This document shows, one piece after another, positions 28,101-39,500 of a stretch of DNA of 64,000 bases (positions are counted from its first letter, which is position 1; each line of letters begins with the position of its first letter). The notes below the pieces were generated by a model, which saw nothing but the letters and a program-made list of their open reading frames with translations, had not been told where the DNA came from and did no database searches. Location of the stretch: assembly GCF_964355755.1 (NCBI RefSeq), contig NC_092672.1, forward strand, positions 4,712,001 through 4,776,000. The letters are read 5' to 3'. This DNA comes from Antedon mediterranea. Its lineage: Eukaryota; Animalia; Echinodermata. The position numbers and the translations under genes are program-made.

Positions 28101-29549
28101 ATGTTGGATATATAGCAGGACATTTAAAAGTGTCAATAGACACTTTAGGATGAATAACCAGTGATTTTTAGTTTCCTGTTTCTAATGGTTAGATCAGATC
28201 AGAGACCTTGCAGCCAAATTGACATTAGTGCTACTTCGTTAAACATTTTCGTTTATTAAACATAAAATAATTGATGCGTCAAAGCCATGATGTTGTATGT
28301 CAACAGTGCAAGGTTCAGGTTAGGTTTCGGCAATTAATTTAAATACTTACCAACAACCATAAGCGTAAATTCAAACCCCTTCTTAACTGATTTTCGGTGC
28401 ACCTGATTGGGTAGATTGGCGAAGCCTACATAACCAGGTGTCTCTGGATTAGTGAACTGTGAAAAAACATGTGAAAACAACTATTTAGTGTGTTTATATT
28501 ATTTATAACGCCCTGTCTACACTATCAAACTAGTTTGACAAAAAAGTGTGATATGCCCAAATATGGTGGTGATATGACATCCCCATGTCTATATATAGGC
28601 CTCCTCTAATTTACAAAAATTGTAATGCAAAAGATAGGACATGAAATTAAGTTCAGTTCACTTCATAATCATTTCACTACTTTTAGGCTCTAGGCCCTTA
28701 TTTTAAAATCCTGGATCTGCCATTGATAATATTTCGACTGATCTAAATGGAACGACCTTGATGACATTGAGAGTGTACACAGCAGCTGTATTCATGTTAC
28801 CATTTAATAATGGTCTACAGTAGATGTCTGGACAGATATTTTGAAATTATTCTAAAGTCTCTGAATACTAAATTCAGTTTCCTACTAGATGCCCAATAAA
28901 CACCTGAGTCACATCTTTCCCTTTTAACTTGAAGGGTATACTGTATGGGTTATGTATGGTCCTGCTCACACTTGGCAAGAATTTAATAACTCTTCATTCA
29001 TACAGAAATTCATAACTGTACCATAATTGTTTTTGTGTAAAATGTACGCAATGAATTGAAAATGCAAAGAAATTTGGAACCACCAGAAATTGGAACACTG
29101 CATACTGCTTTTGCTATAAATTATATTGTTAGTTATTTTTGGTATGTAAAAAAAGTACAAGAGAGTCAGCCAAGCTTGAAATTGACTGGTTTATGAATGA
29201 AAGAAGTTAACACAACCAGAACAAACGTTATATTGTAATATTATATTATACAATACTTGACTTATATTGTTTGAAAAAGTACTGTAGCCTCCTACACTAC
29301 ACATTGACTGATATAAATAGTTTTAAATGGCATGAAGAAACTGTAAAATTATTTGGAAATTCTTTTCATTTATCATTTAATTGACATTGTTATCAACCTA
29401 CAGTAATAGGCCAATATATAAATTAATTAATATATTATAATCTGGCATAGGCCTATCAATAAGGTAAACTCATTCGTCCTAGATTCATTTTTAGAATCGA
29501 GGACACATCTTACTTGATGACACGATCCATGTCCGCTGTCAAAGGACAT
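13114..29549 (-). CDS. SEPT2: Septin, SEPT2 group, 364 aa; exons 29514-29549, 28351-28456, 24820-24906, 24177-24300, 23272-23406, 22304-22421, 21530-21631, 19828-19924, 19659-19707, 19262-19369, 18994-19057, 13114-13182
   Basis: [44 protein letters not shown] (polybasic region plus P-loop), DTPGYGD (G3), AKSD (G4), GRLYPWG septin-unique element, coiled-coil end [15 protein letters not shown]. The 1095 nt are in frame. The first exon ([12 protein letters not shown]) is the least certain. Confidence 0.95.
13366..13615 (+). mobile_element. Probable Penelope-like element terminal repeat (pLTR) remnant inside a TA/CA microsatellite
   Basis: ~250-nt island holding the hammerhead motif, flanked on both sides by (TA/CA)n-like sequence (13316-13365 and 13615-13632). 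Confidence 0.5.
13470..13506 (+). ncRNA. Minimal type-I hammerhead ribozyme motif (Penelope-like-element type)
   Basis: GCA-CTGATGA-AGAGC-TAGTGTT-GCCC-GAAA-GC-TC-TGC. Core CUGAUGA and GAAA, stem II with one mismatch, palindromic AGCT helix III, stem I GCA/TGC. Confidence 0.7.
20110..20938. repeat. 69-bp minisatellite, ~12 near-identical copies, in a septin intron
   Basis: Unit ACCTTGTTAGTATTGATTAAAGGCATTTGTAGCGTTGCATATATGACACCCCACTTTCACCTTATTTAC. Confidence 0.98.
23453..23614. mobile_element. MITE family B (TIR AGCTCTGTCTACACTATCAAACT; internal ATATCACTACCATATTTGGGC repeat; TAA/TTA flanks). Other copies at ~17622, 18855-18980, 22870-23020, 23160-23252, 25357-25558, 27750-27887, 28510-28600, 30895-31007, 36389-36508, 38110-38270, 38436-38571, 41858-42008, 54591-54748, 57237-57376, 57766-57912
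   Basis: About 16 recognisable copies with inverted ends; source of the recurrent LKLCLHYQT peptide in the ORF track. Confidence 0.92.
23879..24084. repeat. 15-bp minisatellite TGCAATGC(G/A)CCGAGC, ~14 copies
   Basis: Directly visible; it explains five overlapping repetitive ORFs in the track. Confidence 0.98.
24400..24750. repeat. Degenerate CAG/CAA-rich compound tandem repeat in septin intron 3
   Basis: Recurring GTAGCAGCAGCAACACAACAGTTGCATAAAAGCAGCAGCAACAATGGTA and CACAATAGTAGCAGCA modules. Confidence 0.85.
27000..27344 (-). mobile_element. Candidate 5S-derived SINE (5S head, ~230-nt body, A-rich tail) in septin intron 2
   Basis: The 5S head runs directly into a GC-richer body ending in GAATAAAATAAGTATAAATA. 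Confidence 0.65.
27235..27344 (-). pseudogene. 5S rRNA-derived sequence (head of a probable SINE3, or a 5S pseudogene)
   Basis: Minus strand reads ACGACTTTACCACGTTGAAACACCGGTTCTCGTCAGATCACCAAAGTTAAGCAATGTTGGGCCTGGTTAGAGCTTGGATGGGAGACCATCTAGGAATAGCGGGTGCTGTA, colinear with metazoan 5S rRNA. It has substitutions, lacks the first few nucleotides and has no T-run terminator. Confidence 0.9.
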
Positions 29550-30587
29550 GCTCGGCGAAGGATACTTCACTCAGTCTGGGCCTAGCCTAGCTGGGCCTAG
29601 GCTAAAAAACGTGTTTACCACAACATTTACTTACATTTGATTTATCTGACAAAGCCATAATTATTCAGAAATTAGGTAGGAGCACCGTGTTATAAATTAA
29701 AATAAAAAAGAAGCTTAAACGTGGAACGAAACAGCAATTTTCACCACTAAACTTTGTCCTTGTCCAGCAGAAATCCAACACTCCCACACCACACCGCAGC
29801 AGTCAGAGTACACTCCCATCAACAATTTTGATCAGTTTACGCCCTCTGGAGTAAACCAGTATTCATTGATGATGATCTAAACATTATCAATATTTTTGTA
29901 GGCCTATTAGTATTAGTTTTTTATATAGGATTAAGCTGTCTGTGTATCAAAAAAAGATAAGGACCATGTACAAAATGTCATATAATGATGTTTGTACATT
30001 CATCTACCTGGAATCCCGCTCATAAATCAGGGGGAAGTGAGACGCAGGCACATGCCTTTGACAGTTAAAATGGAATTATGATCTACTTTTTGATAGCTAC
30101 AATAACAAATTAAACAATACGCATTTCGATATAGACTCAGCGAATGTTTATTTTGACATATAATGAGTTCTAAAACTTTATACAACAGCGATAGTTTCAC
30201 CATTAAAAAAAATGCAGGCTTATACCGACAAAGTATAGTTTACTAAACTTACTCTGGTAACTATATTTGCCTTTCATTTTAATGGCAAAGCGTTTTCAGC
30301 ATTTTAACCAATTTACCGATGCTCACTGTCCACCTTTATCGAAGGTCAGTACATGGCATAGTCAGTAACAGTCTAATAAGGTGCTATACAATGAAAGATT
30401 TATAATTATGTCATGAACACTCCTAAAATTCTGCACATATTTAAGTTCAACTAATGGACAGTTGCTTGTTCGTATAGTAAACAACTTTTTAAAACTTTCT
30501 CATAGTTTAAAATCGTATAAAATGCTTAAAATAATTTATTTCTTTTAAAAAAATTAAAAAATCCATTGACAATTTATTTTTTGTTCA

Positions 30588-33500
30588 CTACTTTTTTAAT
30601 AACATTTTTGCAAAATCAGCATTTGTTAATTTTGGCTTTGCCAATGCATTGGCTTTTTCTGTTGCATCTGTTTCTATGGTTTCAGATTTATCAATCGGTT
30701 TAGGATTGTTAGGTTGAGGGCGCTTTACAGCTCTCGGAACAAGTGCAATCTGTGTTCTGCTTTTTCCTCGTGGCCCCGAGATACCTCTGTAGAAAATAAA
30801 AGTAAATAATAAATATCTTAAAGATGAACATGTGAGCTAAATAAAAAATTGGATGCATATTATATTCAGAATTAAAATAGAGGACGTTCACAAATAAGTT
30901 TACACTACGAGTGTGCCCAAATATTGTAGTTATATGACATCATCATGTCCATATATGGCCACATCACATTTATTTGTCACATGATGTTTGATAGTGTAGA
31001 TAGAGCTGTAGATACTAGCCCCAACAACGCCAAGCTCCCTAATATTAGGGATGAGCAATTCTTTGGAATATTTGTATCAGGAATAGAGCCTTTTCTGATA
31101 TAGAGTAAGAGTAAAAACGCTACATACTTGGCTCCAAGAGATACTGGAGGTGCAGCAGACTCCTTAGCTGTACCTGCTTGTGGTTTCCGTGTCGGTGGGT
31201 TACTAATGGCAACTGAAACAGTGTGCTCGCCAATAACAGTACCGTCAGCTCCTAATACGGCACTTGATGCCTCGCTCTGGAAATGAAAATGTTAAATTAT
31301 ATGATGAGGAAAAACTGAAGAAAAGGTGTATGTGTAGTGGGGAGAGGAAATTGTTAAATATGGTACATCTCATATTTAGAGGAGACCTATTCAGAGGACA
31401 CCAAAAGTTAGGATCATTTCACTGGAAAGTGTCTCCTTAATAGAGGCGTCCCTTGAATAGGTAGGGTAGTAGATTAGGCCCTCCACAGAACAAACGGCAG
31501 CCAGCACTGCAGAGCCTACCAGATCAGCACACAGGGAGACAATCCCCTACTCTGTATACGATCCCCTACTCTGTATACGATCCCCTACTCTGTATACGAT
31601 CCCCTACTCTGTATACGATCCCCTACTCTGTAGACGATCCCCTACTCTGTAGACGATCCCCTACTCTGTAGACGATCCCCTACTCTGTAGACGATCCCCT
31701 ACTCTGTAGACGATCCCCTACTCTGTAGACGATCCCCTACTCTGTATACGATCCCCTACTCTGTATACGATCCCCTACTCTGTATACGATCCCCTACTCT
31801 GTAGACGATCCCCTACTCTGTATACGATCCCCTACTCTGTAGACGATCCCCTACTCTGTAGACGATCCCCTACTCTGTAGACGATCCCCTACTCTGTAGA
31901 CGATCCCCTACTCTGTAGACGATCCCCTACTCTGTAGACGATCCCCTACTCTGTAGACGATCCCCTACTCTGTAGACGATCCCCTACTCTGTAGACGATC
32001 CCCTACTCTGTAGACGATCCCCTACTCTGTAGACGATCCCCTACTCTGTAGACGATCCCCTACTCTGTAGACGATCCCCTACTCTGTAGACGATCCCCTA
32101 CTCTGTAGACGATCCCCTACTCTGTAGACGATCCCCTACTCTGTAGACGATCCCCTACTCTGTATACGATCCCCTACTCTGTATACGATCCCCTACTCTG
32201 TATACGATCCCCTACTCTGTATACGATCCCCTACTCTGTAGACGATCCCCTACTCTGTAGACGATCCCCTACTCTGTAGACGATCCCCTACTCTGTAGAC
32301 GATCCCCTACTCTGTAGACGATCCCCTACTCTGTAGACGATCCCCTACTCTGTAGACGATCCCCTACTCTGTAGACGATCCCCTACTCTGTAGACGATCC
32401 CCTACTCTGTAGACGATCCCCTACTCTGTATACGATCCCCTACTCTGTAGACGATCCCCTACTCTGTATACGATCCCCTACTCTGTATACGATCCCCTAC
32501 TCTGTATACGATCCCCTACTCTGTATACGATCCCCTACTCTGTAGACGATCCCCTACTCTGTAGACGATCCCCTACTCTGTATACGATCCCCTACTCTGT
32601 AGACGATCCCCTACTCTGTAGACGATCCCCTACTCTGTAGACGATCCCCTACTCTGTAGACGATCCCCTACTCTGTAGACGATCCCCTACTCTGTAGACG
32701 ATCCCCTACTCTGTAGACGATCCCCTACTCTGTAGACGATCCCCTACTCTGTAGACGATCCCCTACTCTGTAGACGATCCCCTACTCTGTAGACGATCCC
32801 CTACTCTGTAGACGATCCCCTACTCTGTAGACGATCCCCTACTCTGTAGACGATCCCCTACTCTGTAGACGATCCCCTACTCTGTAGACGATCCCCTACT
32901 CTGTAGACGATCCCCTACTCTGTAGACGATCCCCTACTCTGTAGACGATCCCCTACTCTGTAGACGATCCCCTACTCTGTAGACGATCCCCTACTCTGTA
33001 GACGATCCCCTACTCTGTAGACGATCCCCTACTCTGTAGACGATCCCCTACTCTGTAGACGATCCCCTACTCTGTAGACGATCCCCTACTCTGTAGACGA
33101 TCCCCTACTCTGTAGACGATCCCCTACTCTGTAGACGATCCCCTACTCTGTAGACGATCCCCTACTCTGTAGACGATCCCCTACTCTGTAGACGATCCCC
33201 TACTCTGTATACGATCCCCTACTCTGTAGACGATCCCCTACTCTGTAGACGATCCCCTACTCTGTAGACGATCCCCTACTCTGTAGACGATCCCCTACTC
33301 TGTAGACGATCCCCTACTCTGTAGACGATCCCCTACTCTGTATACGATCCCCTACTCTGTAGACGATCCCCTACTCTGTATACGATCCCCTACTCTGTAT
33401 ACGATCCCCTACTCTGTATACGATCCCCTACTCTGTATACGATCCCCTACTCTGTATACGATCCCCTACTCTGTAGACGATCCCCTACTCTGTAGACGAT

Positions 33501-36500
33501 CCCCTACTCTGTAGACGATCCCCTACTCTGTAGACGATCCCCTACTCTGTAGACGATCCCCTACTCTGTAGACGATCCCCTACTCTGTAGACGATCCCCT
33601 ACTCTGTAGACGATCCCCTACTCTGTAGACGATCCCCTACTCTGTATACGATCCCCTACTCTGTAGACGATCCCCTACTCTGTAGACGATCCCCTACTCT
33701 GTAGACGATCCCCTACTCTGTAGACGATCCCCTACTCTGTAGACGATCCCCTACTCTGTAGACGATCCCCTACTCTGTATACGATCCCCTACTCTGTATA
33801 CGATCCCCTACTCTGTAGACGATCCCCTACTCTGTATACGATCCCCTACTCTGTATACGATCCCCTACTCTGTATACGATCCCCTACTCTGTATACGATC
33901 CCCTACTCTGTATACGATCCCCTACTCTGTATACGATCCCCTACTCTGTATACGATCCCCTACTCTGTATACGATCCCCTACTCTGTATACGATCCCCTA
34001 CTCTGTATACGATCCCCTACTCTGTATACGATCCCCTACTCTGTATACGATCCCCTACTCTGTATACGATCCCCTACTCTGTATACGATCCCCTACTCTG
34101 TATACGATCCCCTACTCTGTATACGATCCCCTACTCTGTATACGATCCCCTACTCTGTATACGATCCCCTACTCTGTAGACGATCCCCTACTCTGTAGAC
34201 GATCCCCTACTCTGTAGACGATCCCCTACTCTGTAGACGATCCCCTACTCTGTAGACGATCCCCTACTCTGTATACGATCCCCTACTCTGTAGACGATCC
34301 CCTACTCTGTATACGATCCCCTACTCTGTAGACGATCCCCTACTCTGTATACGATCCCCTACTCTGTATACGATCCCCTACTCTGTATACGATCCCCTAC
34401 TCTGTATACGATCCCCTACTCTGTATACGATCCCCTACTCTGTATACGATCCCCTACTCTGTATACGATCCCCTACTCTGTATACGATCCCCTACTCTGT
34501 ATACGATCCCCTACTCTGTATACGATCCCCTACTCTGTAGACGATCCCCTACTCTGTAGACGATCCCCTACTCTGTAGACGATCCCCTACTCTGTAGACG
34601 ATCCCCTACTCTGTAGACGATCCCCTACTCTGTAGACGATCCCCTACTCTGTAGACGATCCCCTACTCTGTAGACGATCCCCTACTCTGTAGACGATCCC
34701 CTACTCTGTAGACGATCCCCTACTCTGTAGACGATCCCCTACTCTGTATACGATCCCCTACTCTGTAGACGATCCCCTACTCTGTAGACGATCCCCTACT
34801 CTGTATACGATCCCCTACTCTGTATACGATCCCCTACTCTGTATACGATCCCCTACTCTGTATACGATCCCTTACTCTGTATACGATCCCCTACTCTGTA
34901 GACGATCCCCTACTCTGTAGACGATCCCCTACTCTGTAGACGATCCCTTACTCTGTATACGATCCCCTACTCTGTATACGATCCCCTACTCTGTATACGA
35001 TCCCCTACTCTGTATACGATCCCTTACTCTGTATACGATCCCCTACTCTGTAGACGATCCCCTACTCTGTAGACGATCCCTTACTCTGTATACGATCCCC
35101 TACTCTGTATACGATCCCCTACTCTGTATACGATCCCTTACTCTGTATACGATCCCTTACTCTGTATACGATCCCCTACTCTGTATACGATCCCCTACTC
35201 TGTATACGATCCCCTACTCTGTATACGATCCCCTACTCTGTATACGATCCCCTACTCTGTATACGATCCCCTACTCTGTATACGATCCCCTACTCTGTAT
35301 ACGATCCCTTACTCTGTATACGATCCCTTACTCTGTATACGATCCCCTACTCTGTATACGATCCCCTACTCTGTAGACGATCCCCTACTCTGTAGACGAT
35401 CCCTTACTCTGTATACGATCCCCTACTCTGTATACGATCCCCTACTCTGTATACGATCCCCTACTCTGTATACGATCCCTTACTCTGTATACGATCCCCT
35501 ACTCTGTAGACGATCCCCTACTCTGTAGACGATCCCCTACTCTGTAGACGATCCCTTACTCTGTATACGATCCCCTACTCTGTATACGATCCCCTACTCT
35601 GTATACGATCCCCTACTCTGTATACGATCCCTTACTCTGTATACGATCCCCTACTCTGTATACGATCCCCTACTCTGTATACGATCCCCTACTCTGTATA
35701 CGATCCCCTACTCTGTATACGATCCCCTACTCTGTATACGATCCCCTACTCTGTATACGATCCCTTACTCTGTATACGATCCCTTACTCTGTATACGATC
35801 CCTTACTCTGTATACGATCCCCTACTCTGTATACGATCCCTTACTCTGTATACGATCCCCTACTCTGTAGACGATCCCCTACTCTGTATACGATCCCCTA
35901 CTCTGTATACGATCCCTTACTCTGTATACGATCCCCTACTCTGTATACGATCCCCTACTCTGTATACTCAATTCTTTACCTCTTTTTCATACTCTATGAA
36001 TGCCAGACCTTTTGGTACACCACTTCTGTATGTCACTACTCGGACATCTTTTACAACGCCATACTGGAAGAGAAATATACCTTAAATCATAATGTAATTC
36101 ATACTCCATCACATATAATGGACAATACTGGTAATACAGATCTACTATTATAACATCATCCACAGTTCAAACCAGCATGTGATGTTAGTGGAAGGTTGAC
36201 AAGTGCCAAAGCCGCTTGGGTTCTTACCTTTGAAAACATCTCCTCAAGATCTTCTTTGGTCGTCGATCGTGGTAATCCAGAAACAAACAACTTCTTTTTG
36301 TCAAGACTTGTATCATACTAATGTCAAAATAAAAATAAGCAAAAATAATGTAATCATATTTCATACACATCCAACAATTATAAACTAAAGCTTTGTCTAC
36401 ACTAGCACACTTTATGTGACAAAAATATGTGATGTGCATATATATGACCATATTTGGGCACATCACACTTTTTTTTGTCAAACTAGTTTGATAGTGTAGA

Positions 36501-39500
36501 CAGAGCTTAAGTCTCATTTGAAGCTTTATGGCGTGGAGTAGAGACAGTTGTGAGTTAAAACCCTGGCACTAGGTTAGGGCAGGCATGTTACCTAAACATT
36601 TGTTTTTTTTTTAAAGAAGGTAGTAATCCATTTACCTTGAATTGTTTTGTCGTTTTTTGATCTCCTTTTGATTTGTCTACGCTAGGATCAACGTAAATCG
36701 GTCGTCCATCGATTTCATAGCGATCACGTTTTAAGGCTTTCTCTACCGATTCCTAAAAGAAAAACTTTATATTTTAGTTTCAAACATAGCTGCCTTGATA
36801 TACAAAATATATCTGGTCATATTAAACTAAATGCTTTATTTTAATGCACCTAATTTAGTCTAGTAATTAAAATCATCATTATCATTTTCTTTTCTTGAAA
36901 CATTGTACATATAATTATCTTTGTTGTGATTTTATGAATAAACGTATTTCTATTTGTAATAGGATATTGGTAATAGGATATATCTCATAAATATAAGCAC
37001 ACCCCATATAAAAACTTAATAATATAATACAGTACCTTATCTTTGAATTCAACATAGCAGTAACCACGGAACTTGCTTTTATTTTCCACTTTCATCCTAA
37101 TCTCAGTAATTTCACCACACTGTTGAAAAAATGTTACAGATGAATTTTCCCCCAAAAACATGACAAATGAAGATTAATAAAATCAGATTTGAATAGGCCA
37201 TTTTGTAAAATAGTGCTTCACTTATAAAAAGACAAAACAAACGGTTAAATTTAACCAAAAACCCATTGGCTGGCAGCCAATTTGACTATTTTTTGTTTTA
37301 AATTACAGTTTTTTACAGGTAAATAAATTTTGTTTTTAATCCAATTTTTTTGTCAAAGTGAATAACTATTATGGAACATCAAAATGGCATATACAACAAC
37401 AAAAATTGGAAAAAAAATATTCTTCAAGGGGACACTATGTTTAATAATTATAGTACTAATAATACTGCTAATATTATTATTGTATACACAATGTAGCATT
37501 ATAATTGTATTGATGGATTTTTAATAAAATCAAAACTTACCATATCAAACGCATTTCGTATCTTTTCTTCAGATATGTTATAACTTAGATTTTTCACAAA
37601 CACTGTCAAGTCGTCACGGTAACTTATTGTATCTTTTTGGACAACTTCTTCCATTTCAGAATCTTTTATTTGTAATGAAAAAAAAAGAATATAATTTATT
37701 ATTCTTTATTATTATACTATGCCAGTAAACACTAATTCTCCTGGGTGAAGACAAACAACTCCACTTCACTAAAACGCATTGAAACATTTTTTGTGGAACA
37801 TGCTATACAAATATATTAAAACATTATATTTTTTGTATGTGCATGGTCCAGGGAGGAACTACTGTACTATGACTTGAGCCTCTGGGGTTAAATAAAGCTG
37901 AATAGAACTATTACTTACCTTTATTTCCTGATATAGCCTCTTCGGTTTCTTGGGAAGCAACTTGTGGCTTTTGTGCTGCTTTGGAAGGTGATTTGAGGGA
38001 TGCAGAAACTGGAAACGTTGGTACAATGAACCCATCATCATCCACTTTGGCGTGTTTAGCCGACACTTCTGATTCTGTGTCAGCCTGTCAACAAACAAAC
38101 ACCTTGTTAACTATCTACACTATCACACTTTATGTGACAAAAAAAATGTGATGTGCCCATATATGGACATGATGATGTCACATCACTACCATATTTAAGC
38201 ATATCACTACCATATTTGGGCACATCACACATTTTTTTGTCAAACTAGTTTGATAGTATAGACAGAGCTTTAGATAACTTATACATATTTTGCCTATAAG
38301 ATAATAGATATGAGTTTCAGACCCAGCTTGTGTATGTTTATTATGCAGAACAAGATGGCCAAATATTGAAACAGGCTGAAAGGAGTAAAGGTTATTGGGA
38401 TTCTGTCCATCACACATACTTTTGCCTATTCTTTAAGCTCTGTCTACACTATCAAAGTTTATGTGATGTGCCCATATTTGGACATGATGATGTCATATCA
38501 CTATCATATTTGGGCATATCACTACCATATTTGGGTACATCACACATTTATTGACAGTGTAGACAGAGCTTTACTCTTACCTTCCGTTTCATTGGTTCTC
38601 TCTTAGTTTCCTCTGCTTTTCCATTTTTTTTTTCTGGTTGTTTCTTCTTTTCTTGCTTCTTCCTTTTCTCAATATCTTTATTATGAAATTCTTTTCTACC
38701 TTCGCCTCTATTGTCTGGTTTCTTCCATTTTGATTGGTCCCTTTTATCACCTGACCTCTCCTTGTGCTTGTAATCTTCTTTCCCCCTACGCTTATAGTCC
38801 GTTTGTCCAATTCTCTCGTCATCTTCCTTGTTCTTATTCTTCCAGAATTTACCACCACCGCTTTTAGCCATTTTCTTTTCTGCCCTCTTTGCAGCCTAAA
38901 CAAAAAGCAACATTTTTCACAAGTTTTTCTACAATATCTCTGCATTCCAAGTCATTATTTCAACAATAATGATTAAAGGCCAATTTACATAGATGAGTGG
39001 TAAGTGGAAAACAAAAATGTAGAATCTATGTTATTTATTACAACCATTTACACAAAACACGGAGCGAATGGGCAGTTAAGAAGAAACATGTTCAGTACAG
39101 ATACAGACTATTTATGTGGGACACTACACATTTTCCGCTTAACGTTACCACTCGTCTGTGTAAATTGGACTCTAGTGGCAATATAAAACGGATAAGAAAG
39201 GTAAAAGAAAATCTTATTTACAAAAACGCTTGATAAATACCTTTAGCTTGTGTTTTTCCTCAGCTTCTAGTATAACCTGAACCTTACTGTTAGATTCTTC
39301 AAACGAGTTGAGCGAGCCATACTCGCGCTCAAAGTTGAGTAGAGTTTCACAGATTTGTTGAGGCGTGTCTGTTTCCATGTCAACAGCTTGTAAGAGCACT
39401 TCGCGGCATGTATCTAAGTCACCATATTTTCTATTGATAATAATTAGCATAATTTGACATTATAATTTTGATCTGAGCATGTCTTCTGTTCAGTGGTGTA

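Noticed and set aside
29836-29853. CTCF-like motif (CTCCAGAGGGCGT on -) between SART3 and septin
   Set aside because: A single short motif match; similar strings occur inside a dispersed repeat at ~46583 and ~52557.
31542-35967. CRISPR-like array
   Set aside because: Head-to-tail repeats with no unique spacers, no cas genes, and a eukaryotic intron context.
36224-38554. Recurrent [14 protein letters not shown] peptide in several short ORFs as a protein family
   Set aside because: It is the translation of the MITE B terminal inverted repeat.
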